In this document: positions 1 through 11,522 of the stretch, piece by piece
Numbering within the stretch: position 1 is the stretch's first letter
Layout: every line of letters begins with the position of its first letter
Assembly (NCBI RefSeq): GCF_964355755.1
Contig: NC_092674.1
Location: 18,104,001-18,168,000 of the forward strand
DNA length: 64,000 bases
Source: Antedon mediterranea
Lineage: Eukaryota > Animalia > Echinodermata
Reading direction: 5' to 3'
The notes under the pieces: generated by a model
The model's database searches: none
What the model was told of the DNA's origin: nothing
What the model saw: only the letters and a program-made list of their open reading frames with translations
Made by a program: the position numbers and the translations under genes

Positions 1-1770
1 ACTACCCAAATACGTGTCATGGAAACCGGACCCAGGGGCTATAAATGTTGACGTATTTACTATGGATTGGCAACAAAGTTTTTTCTATGCCTTTCCGCCA
101 TTTTGTCTAATTGGGCGCTGCGTGCAGAAAATAATTCAGGACAAAGCAGATGGTTTACTGGTAGTGCAAAAGTGGCGAACACAATACTAGTTCCCTAAGT
201 TACAAACCCTATTAATAGGGAACCCAATGACAGTTAACTGTTCTGACCAGTTATTAACACAACCAGTGACAGGTAGGATACACCCTCTTAACAACAATCT
301 TTATTTGCTTGTTTGCAGGTTATCAGGCAAGCAATGAACATCGACGACTTGCCACAAACGACGGCTGACATTCTGAATTCATGGAGACAGTCATCTAGAA
401 CACAGTACTGTGTGTATATTAGACGCTGGTTATCATTTACCAATAATAACCCTCACCAGCCTGATGTCTCCTTGGTTTTGCATTTTCTAACTGAAATATA
501 TGAAAGTACACGCAGCTACTCATCTGTGAATACGGCACGCCGTGCTCTATCTGTATTTCTAACATCCTCTTGTTAGACGTTTTGTCAGAGGAGTGTTTAA
601 TATAAGACCGCCAAAGGCAAGATATGCGGATATTTAGGATGCCACGATAGTACTGAATTACATAAGGGAGATGCATCCTCCTCAAGAGTTAAGTTTGAAA
701 TACTTAACTCTCAAAATCTGTGTATCCTTTTTGCGTTACTGTCTGCACAGAGGTGTCAAACTATTCACTTACTGCAAACAGACAGAATGGATCTGAATGA
801 ACAGTCGGTAACTTTTCATATTGTTGAACTTATAAAACAAAGCAGACCTGGTAAAACGGGCATAAAGGTGGCATATAACCTGGACAAAGATTAAGCATTG
901 TTGCCATACTTGGTGAATACCTAACACGTACTAAACATTTAAGAGCAAATGTAAAACAACTTTTAGTCAGTTATCAAAAGATACTATTGCAAGGTGGATT
1001 CGGGCAATATTAAGTAAAGCTGGTATTAATACATGCGTATATAAAGCCCACTCTACCAGAGCAGCAGACTCTTCAGCTGCAAAGGCGTTACAAATCCCAA
1101 TTAGTGAAATAATGGCTACAGCAGGCTGGGCAAATGAAAGTACATTTAGGAAGTATTATGATAAGCCCATACACCGTCAACAGACTTTAGGACATTCATT
1201 AAGAGACAATGTAGGTGCAGATAAAAATCTGTGACTGGACTACAACGGACTGGACTGTTTGGTGTTAAATGGTTAATGTGTTTATGACAGAATTGTTGGG
1301 TTTGTGATTTTTTCAAGTTGGTTTGTTATTGTTAGACTGGTGAATAAAACACTAAACTACAAAGAGGAACTTTGTATTTGTTTTCTTTATTGAGAAGCCA
1401 CATTTCCAGAGATGGCTTTAAACTCTCAGTTTACAGCGAACGTAATTATGAAATAAAATAGAAAGATTAAACGAGACTTACCTGTAAGTTGAAGTTTCAT
1501 CACTATTTTATGAATAATGGTGAGTGAGATGTAAACTGCCCTTCTCACCCTTTCCCTTTACATACTCATTCATAGTGTTGTTACTGAACTTAGACTTATC
1601 GCTGTAAATAATGATCATCTCTGGAACTGTGGTGTTTCCTTTCTTTCAAGCATGGAGTGTTGATCGTCTGCGCGTGCGCGTCGGGATCTCAGTTTACATC
1701 TCACTCACCATTATTCAAAAATAGTGATCAAACTTCAACTTACAGATAAGTCTCATTTAATCTTTCTATT
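1..1770 (+). mobile_element. DIRS1-like tyrosine-recombinase retrotransposon, 3' portion (decayed)
   Basis: Frame from nt 2 reads VSWKPDPGA..DVFTMDW...YAFPPFCLIG...KW.TQY*FP, the DIRS methyltransferase-like tail, ending at 337. Broken YR at about 313-1233 includes TIARWIR..LSKAGI...KAHSTRAA...AGWANESTFRKYYDKPI. Inverted repeat 1457-1538 / 1690-1770 fits ICR plus right ITR. Confidence 0.9.
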
Positions 1771-1799
1771 AAACTTCAAATTCCACACTTTATTTGTTT

Positions 1800-2340
1800 C
1801 CAAAATTTATGTGAAGGGTTAATTCAAATCAGGCCTGATGATGACAAAGGCAGCTCCAAATTCTTCTACACTGGACCAGCAAACAATACAAGTCGCAGCG
1901 TTGGAATTTTAGTTGACAGTGGATTCAAAGCAAAATTTAAAGTAATCACAGCAAAAATCAATATAGAAAGTAGAAGTAAGCCTGAGTCAAGGAATAATAT
2001 ACCAAAACCCAGGAATGTATTTTTAGTAGACATTAGTGCTAATATTTTCCTAAGAACCGACAGAATGAATTTTTTTTCTGCTCTGGTTTTGGAATTGGGT
2101 GTAATATGCCTTCGTTCATTTCTTTAGGTAGGTTTCCTGTCTTATGTTGATACAAACAATATATTTCCTGTCTTAGCTATTTGGTTATATAGTTCTGCTT
2201 TGTGATTAAAACTTCCATAGGTGCATGTTTTACTATTTCAGCATATACTTGGAAATGAATGTTAATGAAATTCTAGTCAGATGGATTGAATCCTTCACCT
2301 ACTTCATTAACAGTCTTCATGTTAACCTACCATTGATTAA
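1800..2340. mobile_element. Short decayed RTE-like LINE fragments (EN on +, RT-region on -)
   Basis: FFYTGPANNTSRSVGILV at 1861-1914 resembles an RTE endonuclease. About 1990-2300 on the minus strand reads like a degraded pre-RT segment (GIL.PIPKP). Heavily mutated. Confidence 0.45.
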
Positions 2341-2499
2341 ATACATGGATGTTACGACTGTTTCAGAAACTATCATCTCTATAACAGTAGAGGGATAAAG
2401 ATGCAATAAAGCAAACAATTTGAAAACATTGTCGAAAATGATAATTTTTTAGTCACGCGAACGATGTAAACAAGTTATGCCCTCTATTGGCCATCCCGG

Positions 2500-3360
2500 A
2501 TTCATCTCAAGGACTGACTGCTGGAGATGAGCAGCAAGGCCTAGCCATTATGAGGCCACAATCTTCTTGTTGGTACCCGCCATGACCAGGATCTACCTCA
2601 GACAGGACCAACCAAGGCACTTTAATATAGTCCTGGCTTAGATATCTTTCATCAAGTCTAATCCATGAACCGCACCGCAGATGTACTGCGAGCAAGTCTC
2701 ATTGCGAACCAAATCGGACTATGGTAGTTACGGGTTATAAGCCAAGGCCCATGGTGTATAAGGGCTTTAGAGCCAGGGATTGTAGTCGACAGTGGGAGAC
2801 GTTAATTAACGTCATAGTAGCTACCGCCCGCTTTAAGACAGGCCAGGCAGCCCCTGGTCAGTTAGGTGCTACTAACTAACTAAGTGTGTATCAACAACCC
2901 GCAAATCCAAAGTTTACTTTTGCAACCTGGAATGTACAGACTATGACCACAGGAATGTCCCCCAACGATTAGATAACAATGATTTTAATCCAAGAAAAAC
3001 TACTACCATCGATATTGAGCCTCTGAAAAGAAATGTGCTGCCCTACAAGAGACCAGGCTCTCAGATTCAGGTATCATCAAAGATAAGTGTGTATCAACAA
3101 CCTGCAAATCCAAAGTTTACTTTTGCAACCTGGAATGTACAGACTATGACCACAGGAATGTCCCCCAACGATTAAATAACAATGATTTTAATCCAAGAAA
3201 AACTATACTACCATCGATATTGAGCCTCTGAAAAGAAATGTGCTGCCCTACAAGAGACCAGGCTCTCAGATTCAGGTATCATCAAAGAAAGAAAGTTACA
3301 CATTCTTATGGTTTGGGAAACCATTTGGAGAACCATGGATGCATGGTACAGCCATCAATG
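2500..3360 (+). mobile_element. RTE-clade LINE 5' fragment (5'UTR plus endonuclease N-terminus) with internal 203-bp tandem duplication
   Basis: Broken reading FTFATWNVQTM...ALQETRLSDSG...YTFLWFGKP is typical of an RTE APE domain. Near-identical copies at 2881-3083 and 3084-3288. 5' boundary approximate. Confidence 0.75.
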
Positions 3361-3394
3361 ACAGTCAGAGGAAAAATGTCAAAAGGCTTGTTAC

Positions 3395-3570
3395 AACCGC
3401 TAATGTAGAAAATGCCAGCTAATGTTGAAACAACAGTTTTGTAGAACAATCCACCGCTAATGTAGTAAAACCTCCAGCTAATGTAGAAACGGTCAACAGC
3501 TTATGTAGTATTAGGAAAATTGCCTCCCAGCTTTTTTAGTTTACTATTGCCAGCTAATGTAGAAAATGTT
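3395..3570. repeat. Degenerate minisatellite (gctaatgtag.aa units)
   Basis: About six imperfect copies of (c/a)gctaatgtag. Confidence 0.6.
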
Positions 3571-3811
3571 ATATATTTTTACAAAAATCATGTGCAAATG
3601 CATCGATCAGTCTTTCCACCTCTCATAAGCAACCAACTTTCTTATTCTTTCTCTTGGAAGTGATCACCTCCTCTCTTAAGGGACAGCTTTTCATAATCGA
3701 CCACCTCTCGTAAGCGACTACCACTCTTAACGACCACACCTCTCATAAGTGACCGACCTCTTTGTGAGCTTAACTAAAAATCCATTGTTCCAACAGGTAG
3801 GCCTACTTCTT

Positions 3812-4858
3812 CGTATCCGGACAACTAACCCCTGGACAATTACCACCCGTACAACTACCACCCGGGCAATTACCCCTTTGACAACTACCCTCTAGGACAA
3901 CTACTACTCCAGCAGACTTCTTCTAAAACCTGGACCCCGTTCCAGAACTCGGTTTTACGGTGATCGTGCTTTCGCTGTCGCAGCCCCAAAACTCTGGAAC
4001 ACTCTACCACTCGAAATACGCTCATCAAAATCTGTTATCACATTTAAAACTAAACTCAAAACTCATCTCTTCAGAGAAGCATAATCGCACGCTACTACTT
4101 GCACTGATCTTGGAAAACACAGCGCTTTGAAACCTTTGTCTCTTGCGCTTTATAAATGTTATTTATTATTATTATTATTACCCCCTTAAGACAACTACCA
4201 CCCAGACAACTACCACCCAGACAACTACCACCCGGACAACTACCACCCGGACAACTACCACCCGGACAACTACCCTCTAGGACAACTACTCCCTTAAGAC
4301 AACCACCGCCGGGGAAATTACCCCTAGGACAACTACCCTCTAGGACAACTACCCTCTAGGACAACTACCCCCTTACGACAACTACCCCCTTAAGACAACT
4401 ACCACCCGGACAAATACCCCCTAGGACAACTACCACTATAAGAAATCATGTTGTGTCATACATTTTTTTTTTAAAGAAATATCGCTATTTATTACAAAAT
4501 AGACTACAAATGTTATTTACGTCGATATAAATTATAAGGCTGGAAGAATATGTTAATAATTCCATGTCAAATACAGTAAAATGCATAGTGTGGTACATCG
4601 CTCATCTAGTCCCCTCCTCACACACAATTTGATTTACAATTGGCACCAAAAGATCAGCTTGTTAATGATTACCAATCGTCCAAGGGATAATTGTCCTAAG
4701 CTGTAGTTCTCCTTAGGGGTAGTAGTTGAACTATGGGGTAGTTGTCGTAGGAAGTAGTTTCCCTAGTGGGTAGTTGTCCTTGGGGCTAGTTGTCCTAGGG
4801 GGTAGTTGTCCTAGGAGGGTAATTGTCCGGGTGGTAGTTATCCGGGTGGTAGTTCTAC
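3812..4858. mobile_element. Foldback-type non-autonomous DNA element with 15-bp subrepeat arms
   Basis: Arrays of ggacaactacc(a/c)ccc at 3815-3905 and 4181-4435, with the reverse complement (ggtagttgtcc) at about 4680-4855. Confidence 0.7.
3910..4180 (+). mobile_element. L2-clade LINE 3' end inserted in the foldback arm
   Basis: Encodes YGDRAFAVAAPKLWNTLPLEIR...FKTKLKTHLFREA*, then gcgctttataaat and an (ATT)n tail. It interrupts the 15-bp array. Confidence 0.85.
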
Positions 4859-4979
4859 TTCTTAAGGTTAATTAAAAGCATATCTTAGATGGCTGGTTGA
4901 TTTCTGCTCGAAACTGTCATTGATTTTATGATGAAAAAGGTAGGGGGTTAAATACACTTTGTTCTTTAGGGAATTAATT

Positions 4980-5320
4980 GCTTCGGCCATACTGCGTTGA
5001 AACACCGGTTCTCGTCAGATCACCGAAGTTAAGCAACGTTGGGCCCGGTTGCGTTCTGGATGGGAGACCGTCTAGAAATCGTGGCGGGTGCTGTATATAC
5101 TGGAGAGTGATGGTGTAATGGTAATATCGGACTAGCATGTGATAGGCATGGGTTCGAGGTTATCTGTACCATACTAATTGCATCCTTAGGCAAGATGCTT
5201 TCTCTCATTGCCTAATCTGGTAGGCGCTGCACTGCTGGCTGCCGTGGGTCCGTGGAGGGCCTAATCCGAATTTCCTCACTGAGGACAAATATTAATACAA
5301 AATACAAAAAAAAAAAAAAA
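4980..5320 (+). mobile_element. Composite SINE with 5S rRNA-derived head followed by a tRNA-derived segment
   Basis: 4980-5095 is 5S-like (caccggttctcgtc.gatcaccgaagttaagc...gggcccggtt...tggatgggagaccg). A-box tggtgtaatgg at 5111, B-box ggttcgagg at 5151, CORE-like ccttaggcaag hairpin at 5180-5198, poly(A) to 5320. Confidence 0.85.
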
Positions 5321-5439
5321 TAATATTCTACAATAAATATTTTTTAGGGTAAAGTTATTTGAACTCTAGCCTATATTGGTCAAGTTGGTTTAAAGGTGAA
5401 TTTTATAACAGTGCAATTATTATAGACCTAACTACATTA

Positions 5440-6958
5440 AACTACCCTGAGATTCAGATTCATTCGGCGTGGAGAAAAGTAACAGAGGTACCGGTTATAG
5501 AACCAGAAGCTTGGGATAGATTCTTTTGTCCCAAAGAGATCCGGGATAAACATTGTAAATGTCGACCACCAATAGGATGATGCACTTGTGTAGGCCTATT
5601 TGCATAATGTTGTTGATCATTGTTGGGACTGAAGGACGAGGCCGTTCACCGTTTCAGACGTTGCTCACCAGAACTATTTTAAGCGACTCCGTGGAGAGTA
5701 AAGTCAGTTCAAGAACGTTCAGTAGAAGAAAAAACATCACAAAATAATTAATTTTCCTTTTTAATGTGTTTATTTCATGGCATTTGACCCAACTAAGCTA
5801 GGTAGAACCTAAACCCAAAACTACAGTCTGCACATGGGTCTGACCCGTAATCTTCGTATTAACAAAGATAGTCAATATACCCCCGCTTATATTAAAACAA
5901 CTGATGGTTTTCTTATTTTCAGATCCAACCCGTTTTTACCATTGATAACAATAGGCTCATGTTCGACAGCAAGATGTTGACCGATGTGTTTCCAAATGTT
6001 TCCGACGGATGAAGAGTGCTGGAGCCCGGAAGATCAGATTTCAGTTGGCCAAATCCTGTTCCGGTATAAGTGAAGACAACATTTACTGCACTTTGCATTA
6101 AAAACATGCCTTAGTCGACCAACTTGAAACATTTAGAATTCACAGGAGTTCTGAGGGCTTGCGTGCCGAGTTGGTATCAGATATAGAACTTAACCCTTAC
6201 TTAGATGATGGCTCACCAATAGAACCATTCGTTGGATCTGTTGAAGTTTATACACAAATGATTTCGTTGTCCAGAACATTCAGCTGTCATGTTACTCTCC
6301 AGAGAACAGCTCAACTCTTCAAGGTGCAACAGCAACACGTCTAATTTCCCTTTCTGGGAGCTACGATGAATCATTACTTGCGTTGTTTCTTGGTCACATG
6401 GCAGAAGGCCAAGGTGAACATTATCTGAGTTTGATACCTTATGATGAAAGTTACCGGTGTGTCTTAGAGTCATTTCGAAACTATACACCTTTCCAGGAGC
6501 GAGAAAACTGGCATCAAACTTCTGTGGAAAATAGTGTTGACGAAAATGGACAGAATTTGGATTGCATTGTAAATAATATGGATGAGGGATTACTAAGTGG
6601 GAGAGATAGTGACCTGTGTAAAACAAGGGTAGGTCGGATAAAGAAGTTAGTGTAACGTACATTTTATGGACGATAATGGAGAGAGTGGAAGCGAAAATGA
6701 AGAGTGCGAGTCTGTAGAAAGTAAGGATGAGAGTTTACGAAATAATTGGGCAGATAGTGAACGTTATGACGCCAGTAGAATGGATAAAGACGTTAGTGGA
6801 GATAATATAAACGAGAGAGATGACAGCGAGGAGGCTGGAATAGAAAAATTAGACAAGACTCAGTTGTGACAGGGTATGAATCAATCTTACCTCCTGAGAT
6901 ATGGGAAATCATTTTGACTGCCGCAATTCATGGGAATGGACAATTCAGAAGTTCGTAA
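5440..6958 (+). pseudogene. Decayed spliced gene: Cys-containing N-region, OTU-like deubiquitinase domain, acidic linker, F-box-like motif (probably TE-borne)
   Basis: GT-AG intron 5698-5922 joins ...HQNYFKRLRG-E-SNPFLPLITIGSC in frame. HALVDQL..LRAELV...CHVTLQ..AQLF.V...LFLGHMAEGQGEHYLSL fits an OTU C-terminus. LPPEIWEIIL at 6887. Stops and frameshifts present. Confidence 0.55.
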
Positions 6959-7149
6959 AAAATGTTGTGATATAACTCTGTTCCATGTATCAAAGTGTTC
7001 TTATCAGTGGGGGGGGGGGGGGGATAGTTCAAATTACACAGTAAAATCTCTATTCTTTTGTACATAAATGTTGTAAATAGAGACTCATTTTTAAAATACT
7101 ATGAAAAATAAACTGTGTGGTAAAAAATGTTATCAGATGGCTTAACATA

Positions 7150-10100
7150 GGTAACGAGTCCGGCCGACACAGATAGGCACAAAGGCACTCCTTGGGCCTA
7201 GTTCAAGTGTCTTTCAACCTCGCATTTTTTAAAGCAACTAAAATATTTTATAGCATGTTGTTTGTATAGCTGTCTGTATATTGATGATATTTTTATATGC
7301 TTCTTCAAGCTGAAATTTTACATGCATTTTTAATCTGAAATTGTGTACGGATTTTAACTGTATTTGTATCGTGTTTTTTTTGTATGATCTGTTTACGGTA
7401 CCGTATTGACTCATTTCATAGCCGGTAAGTTTCTTCTAGGTGGATTTTGACTTGGATTAGATTGTTGATTTATCATGGCTACGTTTCGACATACCGGTTT
7501 GCCTACTCTATTAGTGATCCTGCTGGCGGTGATAACAAAATGGAATGCCAGGGATGTCCAGAGAAATTCCAATGTTTTGCGTACAAGCAGTCCGTTTAAG
7601 GAATTCTTCACTAGCCAACATGGAATCACAGCACTTAAATTATGTTCTACGTCATACTTTGAAAAGGTATATCCACGCAGACACGGTCACGGAGGAAAAA
7701 CTAAAACACGGGCAATACGACTTGGAGTTTTATTGAGACATTTTGCGTTTATGATTCTTGTTTTAAGTGGAGATATATCGTCTAACCCTGGACCCACAAC
7801 TTGTGATCCATGTGGGCTGTGTTCAGGATCTGTGAAATCAAATCAACGAGGTATCTGCTGCGATGGATGTGACTCATGGTACCACATTAAATGTGCGAAT
7901 ATCTCTATTAAAGAATACAATCGCCTTGCCAAATCGGATTCGGACTGGCATTGCTACTCATGTATGGTACCTATCTTCAGTGATTCATTATTTGAAGATG
8001 ATACTATTAATATATCTGATGTTTCGTACACGGAGTTGTTAAATGCCAATTTGGAAAACGAGGATAGGCTGCTCAACGAGTTGGAATGTAAACTTGTTTG
8101 TGGTAAGGGTTTGATATTTATTCACCTTAACGTTAGAAGTTTACGTAACAAAATCGATCAAATTCGAGATATTGCAAAAAATACGAACGCATCAGTCATT
8201 GCAATAAGTGAGTCGTGGCTCGATGATTCAATAAATGATGCTGAAATAAAAATTGAAAATTTCTCAATAGAAAGGAAAGACAGAAATGGAAAAGGGGGTG
8301 GAGTGTGTTTATATATACGCAATACTATTTCATACTCAGTCAGAAATGATTTGGACAGAGAGGATATCGAATGCAAATGGATTGATATAATTTTGCCAAA
8401 GTCGAAGCCAATTTTAACCGGTGTTTGCTATCGCCCACCAAAACAAGGTACATTTTTTAACTGTTTAGAAAACCTGCTTATGACTGTTGGAAACTTCATT
8501 GCTCAAGAAATTATTATTCTTGGAGACTTTAATGTAAATGTTTTAAATTGTAATCGTAACAACTATGAGTCAGTGACTAACTTCTGTAATATTTTCGGTC
8601 TTGAACAACTTATCACTGAACCAACTAGGATCAGTGATAACAATAGCTCAGCAATAGATTTGATCTTTGCCAGTGATCCTTTAAAAATTAAGGCCAGTGG
8701 AGTAATTCCTAAGTGATCACGAAAACGGACTAATATCATTTCTGGCATACACAGAACAATTGATGTTAGATCAATGAAAAATTACAGTTCTGATTCACTG
8801 ACTCATATGCTTAATAGTATTGACTGGTCAGATTGTATTAGTTTAACTTGTGTTCAATCTTCATGGGATACATTTAAAGATAAGTTTCTGCGTATAATTG
8901 ATTCAATTGCTCCTAAAAAAAAAGTTAGGGTTAAAGTAAAAGATCAACCATGGTTTGACTCCGAATTAAGAGATCTTATTAAGCAAAGAGACAAAATGTT
9001 AATTAGATATCGTAGTACAAAGGATGTGATGCATCTCAAAGGTTTTAGAAAACTCCGAAATAGTGTAAATTATAAAATTAAAAAAGCTAAAGTAAATTTT
9101 TATTCTGAACAACTTCAAGAAAATAAATACAAACCAAAACAATTATGGAAAGTTCTTAAAGGTCTTGGAACCTCTAAATCAAATAATAATGACAAGAAAC
9201 AGGTTAGTCTTGAGATCAACAATGAATATGTTCATGATAAGAAAGAAGTTGCTGAAGAGTTTAATTCGTACTTCACCAACGTTGCTGGAGAGCTAGTAAA
9301 CAAACTTGACCCTCCTAGTAATACTTATAACTTGGAACATGTCAATGTCTTTTACAGTAGCAAAGGTGTCTTTCCTAATGATTTTTCTTTCATAGAATTA
9401 TCTGAAGATAATGTTCTTAAAGCTTTGACACAATTATCGACGAGTAAAGCTACCGGAATAGATACTCTACCAGCCAAATTCTTCAAAGATGGGGCTTCTG
9501 CAATAGCAAAACCATTAACTCATATTATTAAATCTTGAAAGAATTTCATTTAGCTTCGATTTTGTATAGATGACAAATTTCGTTTTTGTAAAAGCACAAG
9601 TTAGCGGAGTACTTACTCGAAGGTTTCGATCTCTATCAGAGATCCTTCTCTTCTTGACTGCGGAGTGTTAATGCAGCTTGGTCATTCTTGACGTCATCTG
9701 TTGATGACGTCGTACGCCTCCGGTTGTAGGCTGGAGCCCACGAACTCTCGCATTTGTACAATGATTTGATAGACACATCACCTGGCCGAGCCCCGCACAA
9801 CCTCCAACCTACAACCGGAGGCGTACGACGTCATCAACAGATGACGTCAAGAATGACCAAGCTGCATTAACACTCCGCAGTCAGTTGAGAAGGATCTCTG
9901 ATAGAGATCGAAATCATATTATTAAGTTGTCCTTCACATCCGGTATTGTACCCAACGAATGGAAATTAGCGAGAGTCATCCCAATTCACAAAAAGGGTAG
10001 TAAAACGGTGGTAGGTAACTATCGTCCGGTGTCTATACTCTCGGCTTTTTCTAAAGTTGTTGAAAGACTAGTACATGACCAATTGATGGAATACCTTAAT

Positions 10101-11522
10101 TCTAAATCTATGATTTCCAATGTGGGTTCCGAGCAAATTTTTTGACAGATCTTTGTTTAATTCACCTAACTGACCATATTAAAAAGAATTGGGATAAAGG
10201 TAATTTAACAGGTATGATAGTCTTAGACCTACAAAAGGCTTTCGATACTGTAGACCATCAGATTTTACTAGGCAAAATGAGAGCATTAGGATTGTCCCAA
10301 ACAGTAATAGTTTGGTTTAAATCATATTTAACAGATAGATGGCAGGTAGTTGATAATTGTGGTACTCTTTCAACTTGGAAAAAAATAACATGTGGGGTCC
10401 CTCAGGGGTCAATATTGGGCCCACTGTTGTTCTTAATGTATGTGAATGATATGGAATCTGCATTGAGTAGTAAACTGCTCCTTTATGCCGATGATTCTGC
10501 TATAGTTGTATCTGATAAAAGTGTCGCCAATATAAAAAATGTATTGTCAAAAGAATTAAAATCTATTAATTCTTGGTTATTAGATAATAGATTGTCATTG
10601 CATCTAGGCAAAACGTATTCAATTCTATTTGGATCTAAACGTAAACTCAGAAATCAACAAGAATTGAAAGTTACATGCAATGATTATATAATCACAAACA
10701 AACCTACAGTAAGTTATCTAGGACTTGAACTCGATAACAATCTAACTGGAGATTATATAGGTAAATCAGTTATAAAGAAAGTAAACTCAAGGGTAAAATT
10801 TTTATATAGAAATAGAAAGTACTTAACTTTCAGAGATCTTAAGTTACTAGCAAATAGTTTGGTGTTATGCCTTTATGATTATGCTTGTAGCGTGTGGTAC
10901 TCTGGATTAAAAAAAACATTAAAAGTTAAATTGCAAACTGCACAAAATAAGACGGTCAGATGTATTCTTGGTCTTGAACCAAGGGATCACATTGGGGCTA
11001 ATGAATTAAACAAACTGAATTGGCTCCCAGTAGACTTAAGAGTTAAACAGATAAAACTTTGTCACATGTATCGTATTATTAATGAATTAAGCCCTACGTT
11101 TATGAATGATGGTATTAGTAGAGCAAATGTAATTCACCAGTACAATACTAGATTTGCAACTCAATCAATTTATAGACCATATAGGTAACCACTCCCAAAC
11201 AACCTTTGTTAACAAGGCAATAACGTCATGGAATCACCTGCCAAAATTGATACAGTGTTCAGAAACCATCAATCAATTCAAAAGAAATATCAGGAAACAT
11301 CTCAAAGAGGTTATGCTTGAAAGATTATAATTTATATTTATATTGTTACTACATGTGTTATTGTTTATTGTAAATGTTTATTCTTATGGTGTTTTTATCC
11401 TTAAGGGCCACAATGGAAATAAGTTTGACCTTTGGTTACTTTTTTGTGTTACCCTGAATTCATTCTTTGTATTTTTTTTATGTTGTGTTATTTTATGAAT
11501 TCGAATAAAGAAATGAAAAAAA
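7150..11522 (+). mobile_element. Near full-length CR1/L2-group (Crack/Daphne-like) LINE: 2A-like motif, PHD finger, APE endonuclease, RT
   Basis: ORFs 7475-8716 (GDISSNPGP; CxxC...CDGCDSWYHIKC...WHCYSC; HLNVRSL, SESWL, GDFN), 8774-9538, 9885-10145 (NYRPVSIL) and 10142-11188 (GVPQGSILGP, LYADD). 3' stem-loop at about 11404-11455 and A-rich tail. Inactivated by a deletion, a frameshift and an insertion. Confidence 0.93.
9532..9913 (+). mobile_element. 5'-truncated Penelope-like element with inverted pseudo-LTR
   Basis: 12-bp TSD tcatattattaa at 9520-9531 and 9914-9925. Inverted repeat of about 106 bp at 9624-9730 / 9808-9913. GAHELSHLYNDLI at 9733 resembles a PLE GIY-YIG C-terminus. Hammerhead-like core at the pLTR. 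Confidence 0.85.

Noticed and set aside
313-1233. Phage integrase or prophage
   Set aside because: The adjacent methyltransferase-like tail and ICR/ITR structure identify a DIRS1 retrotransposon.
4156-4359. Proline-rich ORF (QLPPG repeats)
   Set aside because: Translation of the 15-bp repeat array starting in an (ATT)n tail.
4980-5095. Functional 5S rRNA gene
   Set aside because: Diverged in the internal control region and 3' end, no oligo-T terminator, and runs straight into a tRNA-like segment and poly(A). It is a SINE head.
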